From: Trueperaceae bacterium
GTDB lineage: Bacteria; Deinococcota; Deinococci; Deinococcales; Trueperaceae
Length of the DNA: 64,000 nt
Direction: 5' to 3'
NCBI GenBank assembly: GCA_965213925.1
Contig: OZ243927.1
Span: 2,848,001-2,912,000, forward strand
In this document: positions 49,645-59,688 of the stretch, one piece after another
Layout of the letters: every line of letters begins with the position of its first letter
Numbering within the stretch: position 1 is the stretch's first letter
Translations under genes and position numbers: made by a program
The notes under the pieces: generated by a model
The model's input: the letters and a program-made list of their open reading frames with translations, nothing else
What the model was told of the DNA's origin: nothing
The model's database searches: none

Positions 49645-50714
49645 TCTTGGTTCGTCCATTAAAAAGCGCTCACGGTAGGGAGGGCGGCGACGCCAAACTT
49701 ACGCGGCGTGCGGTGGCGTCTTCTTCTGCCCCAAACGTAAGGGTGCTTGTGGTCATTCCAGTAGGCAGTGGCTCTTCGAATGGGCTCAACCATCTCGGTC
49801 CAGACCTCGAAGCGCCTGCCTTTGAGAGCTAAAGAGCGTAACGTCTTCCACCAGGGCTCGGTGAGGTTGAGATACCCCTAGGTGATCGCCGCTAGGCGAA
49901 TCCGGTCCTGTGCCCTGCGAAGCGGGTATTGTCGGTAACCTAGCGTACTTGGGCTGGAAGACGAACTCCCACCTGGGGTGAGCCAGACTAAAAAGGAGCA
50001 CGTCGTAAGAGCTGTGCATGTAGAGATTGTCGATGATGGCGTAGATGTGCTTGACCTCGGGCGGGACCCACTGCTCGACCTTTCCCAGAAACTCGGTATA
50101 GTGCCCGCCGATGCGGCGCGGGACCATCTCAGTGAATACTGCGCCTGAGGCGGGTTCTAATGCGCCGAAGACGAAACCACCTTTCGGGCGATGTGTATAG
50201 TCAAGCGCGACTTTCGCGCGTCCGGCGGGGGGTCCACGAATTTTGGTCAGCTCCTTACCTTCATATGTTCTTGAGGCGAGCGGTCCCATCTCGTCTATGC
50301 AGAGGACGACGCTGTTCTCTGGTGGGTCGGTGTAGAGCTGTAGGGTGGCACCCTTTTTTCAGCGAACTCGGGGTCCACCTTTTGTCCATACCACCCTCCT
50401 TGTTGTCGCCAAAGGTTACCGCCAACGGCGGCTAGCGGGAGCGGGACCACGCGACTTCGCTTTACGCGATCACCTGTCTCGCACTTGAGCTTGCGCCGAA
50501 CTAGCCCCAACGGGCCGCTAGCGGGAACGCGCCACGCGTGACGCTTTGCCCGTTCTAGACTTTGCTTACGCCCATCGTCCGTGAGCGTTCCCAACGCTTG
50601 AGTTCCTATACTCTTCCTCGGTTAGCTGACGAACACGGGCGCAAGGACGCATCACCGACCTCAAAGTGAGGTCCTCAGCTTAGTCCTGAGTCGAATTAAC
50701 TGGATGAGCCAATA
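49645..50714 (-). mobile_element. Degenerate IS630-family element
   Basis: IRs at 49647-49662 and 50696-50714; orfA ATG at 50652; DPEFAEK-GAAAAAAGGG shift; CIDEMGP, IIDNL..H, QPKYA...YLNLTEPWWK; internal insertions and a deletion. Confidence 0.88.
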
Positions 50715-50743
50715 ACGGTCCGAGTTCAGGAGCGCTGAGAGGG

Positions 50744-51718
50744 TCAGATGTCGATGACAACTTTTCCCCGAGCGTGCCCTTTTTCGAGATATCTGATAGC
50801 TTCAGCCGTCTCACTTAACGGGTAGGTCCTGTCTATGACGGGGGCGACTTTGCCGACCTCGAGAAGTTCTTTGATGAAAACCAGGTCCGTCTGGTTCGGT
50901 TTCGCCGCTCCCATAACACCGATCTTCTTCCGCCCCCTCCTAGATACCCACGCCCCCAACAAGGCAACCTGGAGCAGATGAGTTAGGGTGGTAAAGCCGA
51001 CGATGACACATCTTCCTTGGGGACCTAAGGCACGCTCGTAGTCCGAGACCGAACAGTTCCCCACCGCGTCGAGGATCAGGTCGTACGGCTGCCCGCTTTT
51101 GGTGAAGTCCTCTCTCGTGTAGTCGACTACTCTGTCCGCCCCGATGGAGCGCACCAGCTCCAGATTCCGCGTGCTGCACACGCCGGTGACCTCGGCCCCG
51201 AAATGTTTGGCGAGCTGCACCACAAAGGTGCCCACCCCGCCCGAGGCGCCGTTGACCAGCACCTGCTGCCCGGACCGAATCTGTCCCTTGTCGCGAAGCC
51301 CCTGTAGCGCGGTGATAGCTGCCACTGGGACCGCCGCCGCCTCTTCAAAGGATAAGGTACTCGGCTTCAGGGCTAAGGTCTCTTCGCGGGCACAGACGTA
51401 CTCGGCAAAGCCGCCCAACCCGCTGCCGCTCACGTCACCGAACACCTCATCACCGGGCTGAAACTGTGTCGCCCCGCTGCCAACCGCTTCGACGTGCCCC
51501 GCGATGTCCGCCCCGAGAAACGTGTTCTTCGGTCTGCGGAATCCAAAAACAAGGCGGAACGGGAGCGGCGTACCCCTCATGAAGTGCCAGTCGAGCGGAT
51601 TCGCAGCCGCCGCGTGAACCTTGACCAGAACTTCGTCGTCTTTAGGGGCGGGTTTTTCTACCTCCTCGAGCCGGAGCACTTCGGGGGGTCCGTAGTCTGT
51701 GTACACCACCGCTTTCAT
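50744..51718 (-). CDS. NAD(P)-dependent MDR oxidoreductase
   Basis: YGPPEVL, NPLDW, GGFAEY, NGASGGVG, VIDRTYPL, GHARGKVVI. Confidence 0.92.
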   Translation of the reverse strand: MKAVVYTDYGPPEVLRLEEVEKPAPKDDEVLVKVHAAAANPLDWHFMRGTPLPFRLVFGFRRPKNTFLGADIAGHVEAVGSGATQFQPGDEVFGDVSGSGLGGFAEYVCAREETLALKPSTLSFEEAAAVPVAAITALQGLRDKGQIRSGQQVLVNGASGGVGTFVVQLAKHFGAEVTGVCSTRNLELVRSIGADRVVDYTREDFTKSGQPYDLILDAVGNCSVSDYERALGPQGRCVIVGFTTLTHLLQVALLGAWVSRRGRKKIGVMGAAKPNQTDLVFIKELLEVGKVAPVIDRTYPLSETAEAIRYLEKGHARGKVVIDI

Positions 51719-51992
51719 GGCTTCCCTCCGGAATCATGTACGAGTCGTTGTACGCCTATTCGCCGCACTATAGCGCACAGCGTGACCTGAGCTGTGAGGA
51801 GAGGGGCTGGGAGCCTTTTGGCAGCTGACGCATGCGTTCGTCGCAGAAGCCTCTTCTAGTGAAAGCAGATACTTTGGTGGCCGAAGCTCATAAGATTAGA
51901 GTTAGTGTTCTACATACCTGTCTTCTTGAAGCTGGTGAGTCGCCGCGTGCTTTCAGATAGGCTGACCTACAAGAGGCACATGGCGTTCTCTT

Positions 51993-53303
51993 TTAAGTCA
52001 GCTTTTTCATAGGACGTTTCTGCCCGTGCTGGAGTAAGACGAGCTGGCTGACGCTGCCGTCCTCCTCGAGAATGAAGCTTATGTCGGCATCGATTTCTTC
52101 GGGGAAGAAGGTCGTTTCGGAGGAGGCTAGCAGCGCGAGTTCACGCTGCCCAGTGGCTTGAGCAAAGAGGCGTCCATTCCTCTCCCTGATCGTGAGCTTG
52201 AAGTCTGGCGTCAGCTCGTAGACGCTCGCGTAGCGCGCCAGAATATCCGGCGCGACCGCTATAGCGCCGCGCGGCGTGGGCGGCTCGACCTCTTGTCCCG
52301 AGGCGATGAGCGCCAGCTCTTGGGCGATGAGCGGCGCGCCGTTCGCCTCGACGTTGCTTAGCACGACCACGTGAAGGTCGTTGTCAGGGCGGTGCAGGGC
52401 CGACGTTCTGAACCCTTCGATGCCGCCGCTGTGACCTACGAGGGAACGCCCTTGTAGGCTGCGAGTCGCAAGCCCGTACCCGTAGAAGCTCTCGTCCTCA
52501 TCACTACCTATCTTCGCTGACGGACGTCGCATCTGCTCGAGACTTCCCTCGCTCAGGACCTCACCTCTGTAGAGCGCCTTCTGCCACTTGTGGAGGTCTT
52601 CGGCGGATGAGTAGAGGCTGCCTGCGCCCGTGTCGAGCCGCGTATCAATATAGTCGCAGGGCTTAAAGTCACCTCGAGCCCAAACGTACCCAGACGCGCG
52701 ACCCGCGATAAGACGGCCCGGCGTCTCCTCTCCTGAGTTATTCATACCGAGCGGGTTGAATATATGCTCGCTTAAAAAGTCCGCGTATCGCTGACCCGAA
52801 ACGTGCTCGACGACGTAAGCGAGCAGCGCGTAGCCCGAGTTGCTGTAGCGAAACTGCGTGCCGGGCTCGAACTCGGGCGGCAAGAACTTAAAGCGCCTGA
52901 CGTTTTTCGCCAGCGTGGCCGGTTGCCTCTTGAACGTCTCGTAATTCTCGAACCCTGTGTAGCTCGGGATGCCCGCGCGGTGTGTGAGGACCTGGTGGAG
53001 CGTGAAGGTGTTGCCCCTCGGGTAGTCGGGCAGGCAAGTCGAGATGGGCGCGTCGAGGTCGAGTAGACCCTGCTCTCGCAGCTTCAGGATGGCGGCGGCG
53101 GTGAACTGTTTGCTGACGGAACCGATACGAAACGCTGTTTTCGGCGTGTTTGGGGCGTTGTGCTCGAGGTTCGCCGTCCCGTAGCCCTCGGCAAGCAGAA
53201 CGTTATCACCCTGCGCAACCAGAGCCGCGCCCATGAACGACCGAGTGTCTCGGTAAGCCTCGAGGTGTGCGCCGAGTTTTCGTGCGATATCTGAGCCTTC
53301 CAT
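51993..53303 (-). CDS. Serine hydrolase (class C beta-lactamase-like) with C-terminal DUF3471-like domain
   Basis: FRIGSVSK (SxxK), YSNSGY, GHSGG; start set to ATG 53303, uncertain. Confidence 0.9.
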   Translation of the reverse strand: MEGSDIARKLGAHLEAYRDTRSFMGAALVAQGDNVLLAEGYGTANLEHNAPNTPKTAFRIGSVSKQFTAAAILKLREQGLLDLDAPISTCLPDYPRGNTFTLHQVLTHRAGIPSYTGFENYETFKRQPATLAKNVRRFKFLPPEFEPGTQFRYSNSGYALLAYVVEHVSGQRYADFLSEHIFNPLGMNNSGEETPGRLIAGRASGYVWARGDFKPCDYIDTRLDTGAGSLYSSAEDLHKWQKALYRGEVLSEGSLEQMRRPSAKIGSDEDESFYGYGLATRSLQGRSLVGHSGGIEGFRTSALHRPDNDLHVVVLSNVEANGAPLIAQELALIASGQEVEPPTPRGAIAVAPDILARYASVYELTPDFKLTIRERNGRLFAQATGQRELALLASSETTFFPEEIDADISFILEEDGSVSQLVLLQHGQKRPMKKLT

Positions 53304-53644
53304 AACTTTTGTCACTATAGACCACAAGAGGTGGGAGCATGCTCGAGTCCCAAGTTGCGAAACCTCGGGCACGGTCCTACCTCCGTATTTACCTGCGGCT
53401 GCTTCTGTGCTCGAGCAAGATATTTAACATGAGACGACATTGAAAGGACGCCCAACGCGCTTTAGTGACTTGTGAAATCTTCTTTGTGAGAGCGTGCTCG
53501 TATAATGATTCACAGAAACGCAAACCGCCCCATCTCTGATGCTGCGAGAGTTCAGGCTCTGGGCGGGTTCAGTACGCGACCAAGAGGTCATGACGCAACG
53601 CTCATGAAAGGCTTTGCATCACGTCATCTCGCGGGAGGAGTTTT

Positions 53645-55471
53645 ATGAGACTATCGGCTTTTTTCGTTCTGTTGCTACTCGTGGGCGGCGCGTCGGCGCA
53701 AGACGCGACCGGTGTTCAGGAGGCACACGCGCTGACCCTCTTGGACGAGGTCAAGTACGGTCCTGACTTCGAGCACTTCGACTACGTCAACCCGGATGCG
53801 CCTAAAGGCGGCGAAGTGCGGCTCGCGACGGTCGGCACGGGCTTCGATACGCTCAATCCCTTTATCCTTAAAGGGGTTAAGGCCTCGGGGCTGGGAAACA
53901 CGTACGATACGCTCCTCAAACAGTCGTTCGACGAACCATCTAGCTCTTACGGTCTCCTCGCCGAGTCGGTCCGCGTAGCAGAGGACAACGCCTGGGTCGA
54001 ATTCGACCTGCGCGAGGGCGCACGTTGGCACGACGGTACGCCCCTTACGGTGGACGATGTCATCTTCTCTTTTGAGACGCTGATGGCAGAGGGGCATCCC
54101 TTCTACCAGAGCTACTTTGCGAGCGTCGCAGACGTCGAGGCCGTCGGCGAGCGCACGGTGCGCTTCACCTTTCAGGGCGACCTCAACCGCGAACTCGCCT
54201 TTATCGTTGGTGATGACTTGCCTATCCTTCCTCAGCACTACTGGGAAGGTCGCGACTTCGACCAGACGACCCTCGAGCCCCCCTTGGGCAGCGGTCCTTA
54301 CCGAATCGCTAACGTGGACCCAGGTCGCTCCATCACCTACGAGCGCGTGCCTGACTACTGGGGTACGGATTTGCCTGTGAATGTTGGACAGAATAACTTC
54401 GGCACTGTCACCTACGACTACTACCGCGACAATACAGTGGCCATTGAAGCGCTCAAAGCCTACGAGTACGACTTTCGCGCTGAGAACTCCTCTAAGGAGT
54501 GGGCGACCTCGTACAACCTCCCGGTGGTGGACGAGGGATTACTCGTCAAAGAACTCGTGCCCGACGCCAACGGCAGGGGGATGCAGGCGTTCTGGCTGAA
54601 TACCCGGCGCGACAAGTTCGCCGACCCGAGGGTGCGCGAGGCGCTCGGTTACGCCTTCGACTTCGAGTGGTCGAACGAGAACCTCTTCTTCGGTCAATAT
54701 ACCCGCACGGACAGCTTTTTCGAGAACAGCGAGCTGGCCTCATCAGGTATACCTGAAGGGCAGGAGCTAGAACTTTTGGAGCCTTACCGCGACCAACTTC
54801 CTGAAGAGGTCTTCAGCGAGCCCTTCGCGCTTCCCGTTTCGGACGGCTCGGGTAACCTCCGCAGCAACCTGCGCGCGGCGCGGCAACTGCTCCAGGAAGC
54901 GGGCTGGGAGATTCGGAACGGTCAGCTCACGAACATGGAGACGGGTGAGGTTATGACGATAGAATTTCTTCTCAATTCTCCTACTTATGAACGCATTGTC
55001 GCCCCGATGATTCAAAACCTCGAGCGCTTAGGTGTTCAGGCTAACTTGCGTACTGTCGACTCAGCGCAGTACCAGAATCTCGTACAGGACTTTAACTATG
55101 ATGTTATCTTGGAGGTGGTAGCTCAGTCGCTCAGCCCCGGCAACGAGCAGCGAGAGTTTTTTGGGTCGGAGGCCGCCGCCACGCCTGGTACCCGCAACTA
55201 TGCGGGCATTCAAGACCCAACAATAGATGCGCTGACCGAGAAGGTTATCGCTGCTCCTGACCGCGAGACTTTAGTTGCCGCTACGCACGCGCTAGACCGC
55301 GTGCTCCTCTGGAATTACTACGTGATTCCTAACTGGTATCTTCCGGAAACCCGAATCATCTACTGGGACAAGTTCGGTCAGCCAGAAATCGCGCCGACCT
55401 ATGCGCTCGGCTTCCCGAGCACGTGGTGGCTTGACGAGTCGGAGCTAGCGGAACTCGAGGCCGCCCGTTAG
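53645..55471 (+). CDS. yejA: YejA-like peptide ABC substrate-binding protein
   Basis: HFDYVNPDAPKGG, FDTLNPFILKG, FDFEWSN..LF, QSLSPGNEQR; RBS GGAGGAG. Confidence 0.88.
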   Translation: MRLSAFFVLLLLVGGASAQDATGVQEAHALTLLDEVKYGPDFEHFDYVNPDAPKGGEVRLATVGTGFDTLNPFILKGVKASGLGNTYDTLLKQSFDEPSSSYGLLAESVRVAEDNAWVEFDLREGARWHDGTPLTVDDVIFSFETLMAEGHPFYQSYFASVADVEAVGERTVRFTFQGDLNRELAFIVGDDLPILPQHYWEGRDFDQTTLEPPLGSGPYRIANVDPGRSITYERVPDYWGTDLPVNVGQNNFGTVTYDYYRDNTVAIEALKAYEYDFRAENSSKEWATSYNLPVVDEGLLVKELVPDANGRGMQAFWLNTRRDKFADPRVREALGYAFDFEWSNENLFFGQYTRTDSFFENSELASSGIPEGQELELLEPYRDQLPEEVFSEPFALPVSDGSGNLRSNLRAARQLLQEAGWEIRNGQLTNMETGEVMTIEFLLNSPTYERIVAPMIQNLERLGVQANLRTVDSAQYQNLVQDFNYDVILEVVAQSLSPGNEQREFFGSEAAATPGTRNYAGIQDPTIDALTEKVIAAPDRETLVAATHALDRVLLWNYYVIPNWYLPETRIIYWDKFGQPEIAPTYALGFPSTWWLDESELAELEAAR

Positions 55472-55483
55472 GGCGCAGCTTCC

Positions 55484-56581
55484 ATGCTCGCCTACATCGT
55501 CCGCAGACTTCTACTTATTATCCCGACACTCTTCGGCATCATGCTCATCAATTTCGCGCTCATTCAGGCCGCTCCCGGCGGTCCGGTTGAGCAGGCCTTA
55601 GCGCAACTCCAGGGGGGTGCGGTCGAGGCGACTGCCCGCATTACGGGCAATGATCAGCGAGAAGCTAGTGGACCGGGCAGCTCTGGCAACGCCCCTACGG
55701 GCCGCTATCACGGAGCCCAGGGGCTCGACCCGGACTTCGTTCTGGAGCTAGAGCAGATGTACGGCTTCGACAAGCCCGCGCATGTGCGCTTTTTCGACAT
55801 GATCGGCGACTATCTCCGCTTCGACTTCGGTGAGAGCTTCTTTCGCGACCGGAGTGTGGTGGCGCTCGTCATGGACAAGCTGCCCGTCTCCATCTCGCTC
55901 GGGCTCTGGACAACACTCATCGTCTACCTCGTCTCGATCCCTTTGGGTATCGCCAAGGCAGTTCGAGACGGCTCCAAGTTCGACGTCTGGACGTCCAGCC
56001 TCATCATCATCGGCAACGCTATCCCCGGCCTCCTCTTCGCGATTCTCCTTATTGTGCTCTTTGCAGGCGGGAGCTACTTCGACCTCTTTCCGCTGCGCGG
56101 GCTCACCTCGCCGAACTTCGAAAGTCTGTCGCCTCTCGGCAAGGCCGCCGACTACGCCTGGCACCTCGCACTGCCCGTCCTCTCGATGGTTATCGGCGGC
56201 TTCGCGGGTCTCACGCTCTTGACCAAGAACTCCTTTTTAGACGAAGTCAATAAGCAGTACGTGCTGACGGCGCGGGCGAAGGGCCTGACCGAGCGCCGCG
56301 TGCTCTACGGACACGTTTTCCGCAACGCCATGCTGATCGTTATCGCGGGCTTCCCGGCGGCCTTCGTCGGCGTCCTCTTCACGGGCTCGCTCATAACCGA
56401 GGTGATCTTCTCGCTCGACGGGCTTGGGCTTTTAGGGTATGAAGCGGCCATCAACCGCGACTACCCGGTGATGTTCGGCACGCTCTACTTCTTCACGCTC
56501 TTGGGCCTCGTGATGCAGCTTATCGGCGACCTGAGCTACACCGTCATCGACCCGCGCATCGACTTCGAAGGGCAGGGCTGA
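55484..56581 (+). CDS. yejB: YejB-like ABC permease
   Basis: [41 protein letters not shown]. Confidence 0.9.
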   Translation: MLAYIVRRLLLIIPTLFGIMLINFALIQAAPGGPVEQALAQLQGGAVEATARITGNDQREASGPGSSGNAPTGRYHGAQGLDPDFVLELEQMYGFDKPAHVRFFDMIGDYLRFDFGESFFRDRSVVALVMDKLPVSISLGLWTTLIVYLVSIPLGIAKAVRDGSKFDVWTSSLIIIGNAIPGLLFAILLIVLFAGGSYFDLFPLRGLTSPNFESLSPLGKAADYAWHLALPVLSMVIGGFAGLTLLTKNSFLDEVNKQYVLTARAKGLTERRVLYGHVFRNAMLIVIAGFPAAFVGVLFTGSLITEVIFSLDGLGLLGYEAAINRDYPVMFGTLYFFTLLGLVMQLIGDLSYTVIDPRIDFEGQG

Positions 56582-56582
56582 G

Positions 56583-57716
56583 GTGGAGGGGAACCTGCGG
56601 AGCGTCGGGGACGCCGTCACAGACCCAGCCCACCCTGCCACCTCTCCAGCCTCACCTCCTTTAAGCCACGAGCGGCTCTTTGGCTTGCCAGTCTCCAAGC
56701 TCACTAAGCGGCGCTGGGCACAGTTTAAGGCGAACCGGCGGGCTTACTGGAGCCTATGGATTTTCTTAGCACTTTTCCTAGTGACGCTGCCCGCTGAACT
56801 TATCGCTAACGACAAGCCACTCCTGGTGTCCTTCGAGGGATCGCTCTACTTTCCCGTTCTCCAAGCCTACCCCGAGACCGCTTTTGGCGGCGACTTCGAC
56901 ACCGAAGCCGAGTACCGCGACCCCTTCGTGAAGGAGCTTATCGAAGAGAACGGCTGGACGCTCTGGCCGCCCGTGCGCTTCTCTTACGACACAGTCAACT
57001 ACGATCTCAGCGTGCCCTCGCCCGCGCCGCCCTCGAGCGAAAACCTCTTAGGCACCGACGACCAGGCACGCGACGTGCTGGCCCGCGCCATCTACGGCTT
57101 TCGGGTCTCTATCTTATTCAGCCTCATCCTGACGCTGTTAAGCTCGGTGGTGGGCATTGCGGCGGGCGCGGTACAGGGTTATTTCGGCGGCTGGGTGGAC
57201 CTCATATTCCAGCGGGTGATGGAGGTTTGGGGCGGCGTCCCGACGCTCTATCTGCTCATCATCCTAGCGAGCGTGGTGCAGACGACCTTCTGGGTACTTT
57301 TGGGCTTTTTGCTGCTCTTTAGCTGGATGGGACTCGTCGGGGTGGTCCGCGCTGAGGTGCTGCGGGCGCGTAACTTCGACTTTGTGCGCTCAGCCAAGGC
57401 GTTGGGCGTGAGTGACCTGGGCATTATGCTCCGTCACGTGCTTCCGAACGCGATGGTCGCGACCTTCACCTTTTTACCCTTTATCCTTGTAGGCGCGGTC
57501 GGTACGCTCGCTACACTCGACTTCTTAGGCTTCGGCTTTCCGCCGGGGTCGCCCTCTTTGGGCGAACTCCTCAACCAGGGCAAGCGCAACTTGCAAGCGC
57601 CCTGGCTCGGACTCACTGGCTTTTTTGTCCTCGCCACCATGCTCTCGCTCCTAGTCTTCATCGGCGAGGGAGTGCGCGACGCCTTCGACGTGCGCAAGAC
57701 CTTGGGACGTAAATGA
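56583..57716 (+). CDS. yejE: YejE-like ABC permease
   Basis: FKANRRAYWSLW, IANDKP, YPET.FGG, LGTDDQARDV, GSPSLGELL.QGK.NL. Confidence 0.9.
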   Translation: MEGNLRSVGDAVTDPAHPATSPASPPLSHERLFGLPVSKLTKRRWAQFKANRRAYWSLWIFLALFLVTLPAELIANDKPLLVSFEGSLYFPVLQAYPETAFGGDFDTEAEYRDPFVKELIEENGWTLWPPVRFSYDTVNYDLSVPSPAPPSSENLLGTDDQARDVLARAIYGFRVSILFSLILTLLSSVVGIAAGAVQGYFGGWVDLIFQRVMEVWGGVPTLYLLIILASVVQTTFWVLLGFLLLFSWMGLVGVVRAEVLRARNFDFVRSAKALGVSDLGIMLRHVLPNAMVATFTFLPFILVGAVGTLATLDFLGFGFPPGSPSLGELLNQGKRNLQAPWLGLTGFFVLATMLSLLVFIGEGVRDAFDVRKTLGRK

Positions 57717-57726
57717 GGGGACGCAG

Positions 57727-59328
57727 ATGAGCCTTCTGGAGATCGAAAATTTAGGCGTCCGCTTCGACTTAGAGAGCGAGACCGTCGAGGCGGTACGGGG
57801 CGTGGACCTAAAGGTTGAGCAGGGTGAGACCGTCGCCGTCGTGGGCGAATCGGGCTCAGGCAAATCAGTTACAGCGCTCTCCGTGCTACAACTCCTACCT
57901 TATCCCAGAGCCTCGCACCCGCATGGCAGCGTCCGCTTCGGCGGCGAAGAACTGCTAGGGGCGACCGAGCACACGCTTCGCGGCGTCCGGGGCAACCGCA
58001 TCTCGATGATCTTTCAAGAGCCTATGACCTCTTTGAACCCGCTTCATACGGTGGAGAAGCAGGTCAGTGAGGTGCTCACGCTGCACCAGGGGCTGAGCCG
58101 CAAAGGGGCGCGGGAGCGGACCTTAGAGCTTCTCGCGCGCGTCGGGCTGCCCGACCCGGAGAAGCGCCTCAACGCTTACCCGCACCAACTCTCGGGCGGG
58201 CAGCGGCAGCGCGTGATGATCGCGATGGCTTTAGCCAACGAGCCCGACCTGCTCATCGCCGACGAGCCCACCACTGCCCTCGACGTAACTATCCAGGCGC
58301 AGATTTTAGAACTCCTCGAGGAGCTGCAAAAGGAGTTCGGCATGGCGATCATGCTCATCACCCACGACTTGAGCATTGTGCGGCACATCGCCGACCGCGT
58401 CTACGTCATGACCCAAGGTAAGGTCGTCGAGAAGGGAAGGACGAAAGACCTCTTCGTCGACCCGCAGCACGCTTACACCCGCAAGCTCCTGGACGCTGAA
58501 CCCAAAGGGCAGCCGCGCCCCGCTGACGAGAACGCGCCCTCTCTCCTAAACGCGGACGACCTCAAGGTCTGGTTTCCCATCCAGCGCGGCGTCTTACGGC
58601 GCACCGTGGACCACGTCAAGGCGGTGGACGGTATCACCGTGAACTTGCGCGAGGGGCAGACGTTAGGCGTCGTAGGTGAATCCGGCTCGGGTAAGACGAC
58701 GCTTGGGCTAGCGCTCTTAAAGCTCGTCTCGAGTCGCGGTCCTATCCAGTTTGGCGGGCGCGACCTGCAAAGCCTGCGGCGTCACCAGATGAGAGCGTTG
58801 CGTGGCGAGTTACAAGTCGTTTTCCAGGACCCTTTCAGCTCCTTGAGTCCCAGACTCTCCGTATTCCAGATCATCGAGGAGGGTCTCCTCGTCCACAAGG
58901 TCGGTACGACCTTACAGGAGCGGCGGCAAATCGTCGCCCAGGCGCTCTTCGAGGTCGGGCTCGACCCGCTCTCAATGGACCGTTTCCCGCATGAGTTTTC
59001 AGGCGGGCAGCGGCAGCGCGTCGCTATCGCTCGGGCAATGGTCCTTAAGCCGCGCCTGGTCGTGCTCGACGAGCCCACCAGTGCACTCGACATGACCGTT
59101 CAGGCGCAGATTATCGCGCTCCTTCAGGACTTGCAAGCTAAGCACAACCTCACCTACCTCTTCATCAGCCACGACTTGCGAGTGGTGCGGGCGCTTGCTA
59201 ACGATATCATCGTGATGAAAGACGGCCGGGTAGTTGAGTACGGTTTAGCTGAGCAGATTTTTGGAGACCCGCAGCACCCCTACACGAAGGCGCTGCTCGC
59301 GGCGGCCTTTGATGTAGAAACAGCTTGA
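57727..59328 (+). CDS. yejF: YejF-like duplicated ABC ATPase
   Basis: Two GESGSGK and SGGQRQR cassettes. Confidence 0.9.
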   Translation: MSLLEIENLGVRFDLESETVEAVRGVDLKVEQGETVAVVGESGSGKSVTALSVLQLLPYPRASHPHGSVRFGGEELLGATEHTLRGVRGNRISMIFQEPMTSLNPLHTVEKQVSEVLTLHQGLSRKGARERTLELLARVGLPDPEKRLNAYPHQLSGGQRQRVMIAMALANEPDLLIADEPTTALDVTIQAQILELLEELQKEFGMAIMLITHDLSIVRHIADRVYVMTQGKVVEKGRTKDLFVDPQHAYTRKLLDAEPKGQPRPADENAPSLLNADDLKVWFPIQRGVLRRTVDHVKAVDGITVNLREGQTLGVVGESGSGKTTLGLALLKLVSSRGPIQFGGRDLQSLRRHQMRALRGELQVVFQDPFSSLSPRLSVFQIIEEGLLVHKVGTTLQERRQIVAQALFEVGLDPLSMDRFPHEFSGGQRQRVAIARAMVLKPRLVVLDEPTSALDMTVQAQIIALLQDLQAKHNLTYLFISHDLRVVRALANDIIVMKDGRVVEYGLAEQIFGDPQHPYTKALLAAAFDVETA

Positions 59329-59688
59329 TCAGTCGAAAGAGTAAGCAGGGTGCAGCTACGGAAAAAGTCCGAAAGATGCAGAACCGAGCAAACGCTTCTG
59401 CGCGAGACGCGCGCGTTAACCGCAGAAGACTGCTACCCCACGAAAGCGTATTGCGCTTACGCACGCCTCGACCCGTACTGCAACCTAAAACTGGCGAATC
59501 ACTTCATTGCTTATCCTATTGCTATCTTTTTACTTCTTGAAAAAGGACGTTTACCATAGCAGTTCTCGCCGTCGCAGCACCAAACCATGCCGCGGCACGT
59601 GCCGAACAGCACTTACGTCTGTAACTTCGCGCTGTCTATGATGCCCTTGTGACGCTGCCATCAACACGTCACCTGAAAGGAAGGCGTC

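Larger units (their letters stand above)
40038..50714. mobile_element. Integrative primase-helicase element at tRNA-Arg (minimum extent; right end not found)
   Basis: Integrase abutting tRNA 3' end, divergent xis-like/primase/helicase genes, cargo and IS relics. Confidence 0.8.

Noticed and set aside
47530..50630. Integron attC sites (GTTAGAT, GTTAGCT, scattered YYAAC)
   Set aside because: No paired R boxes at gene ends; the integrase is phage-type, not IntI
48408..50720. ATTAACTGGATGA.CCAATAA sites as dif/pdif recombination sites
   Set aside because: Poor XerC/D arm match; they are TA-bounded, inverted and coincide with IS630 ends
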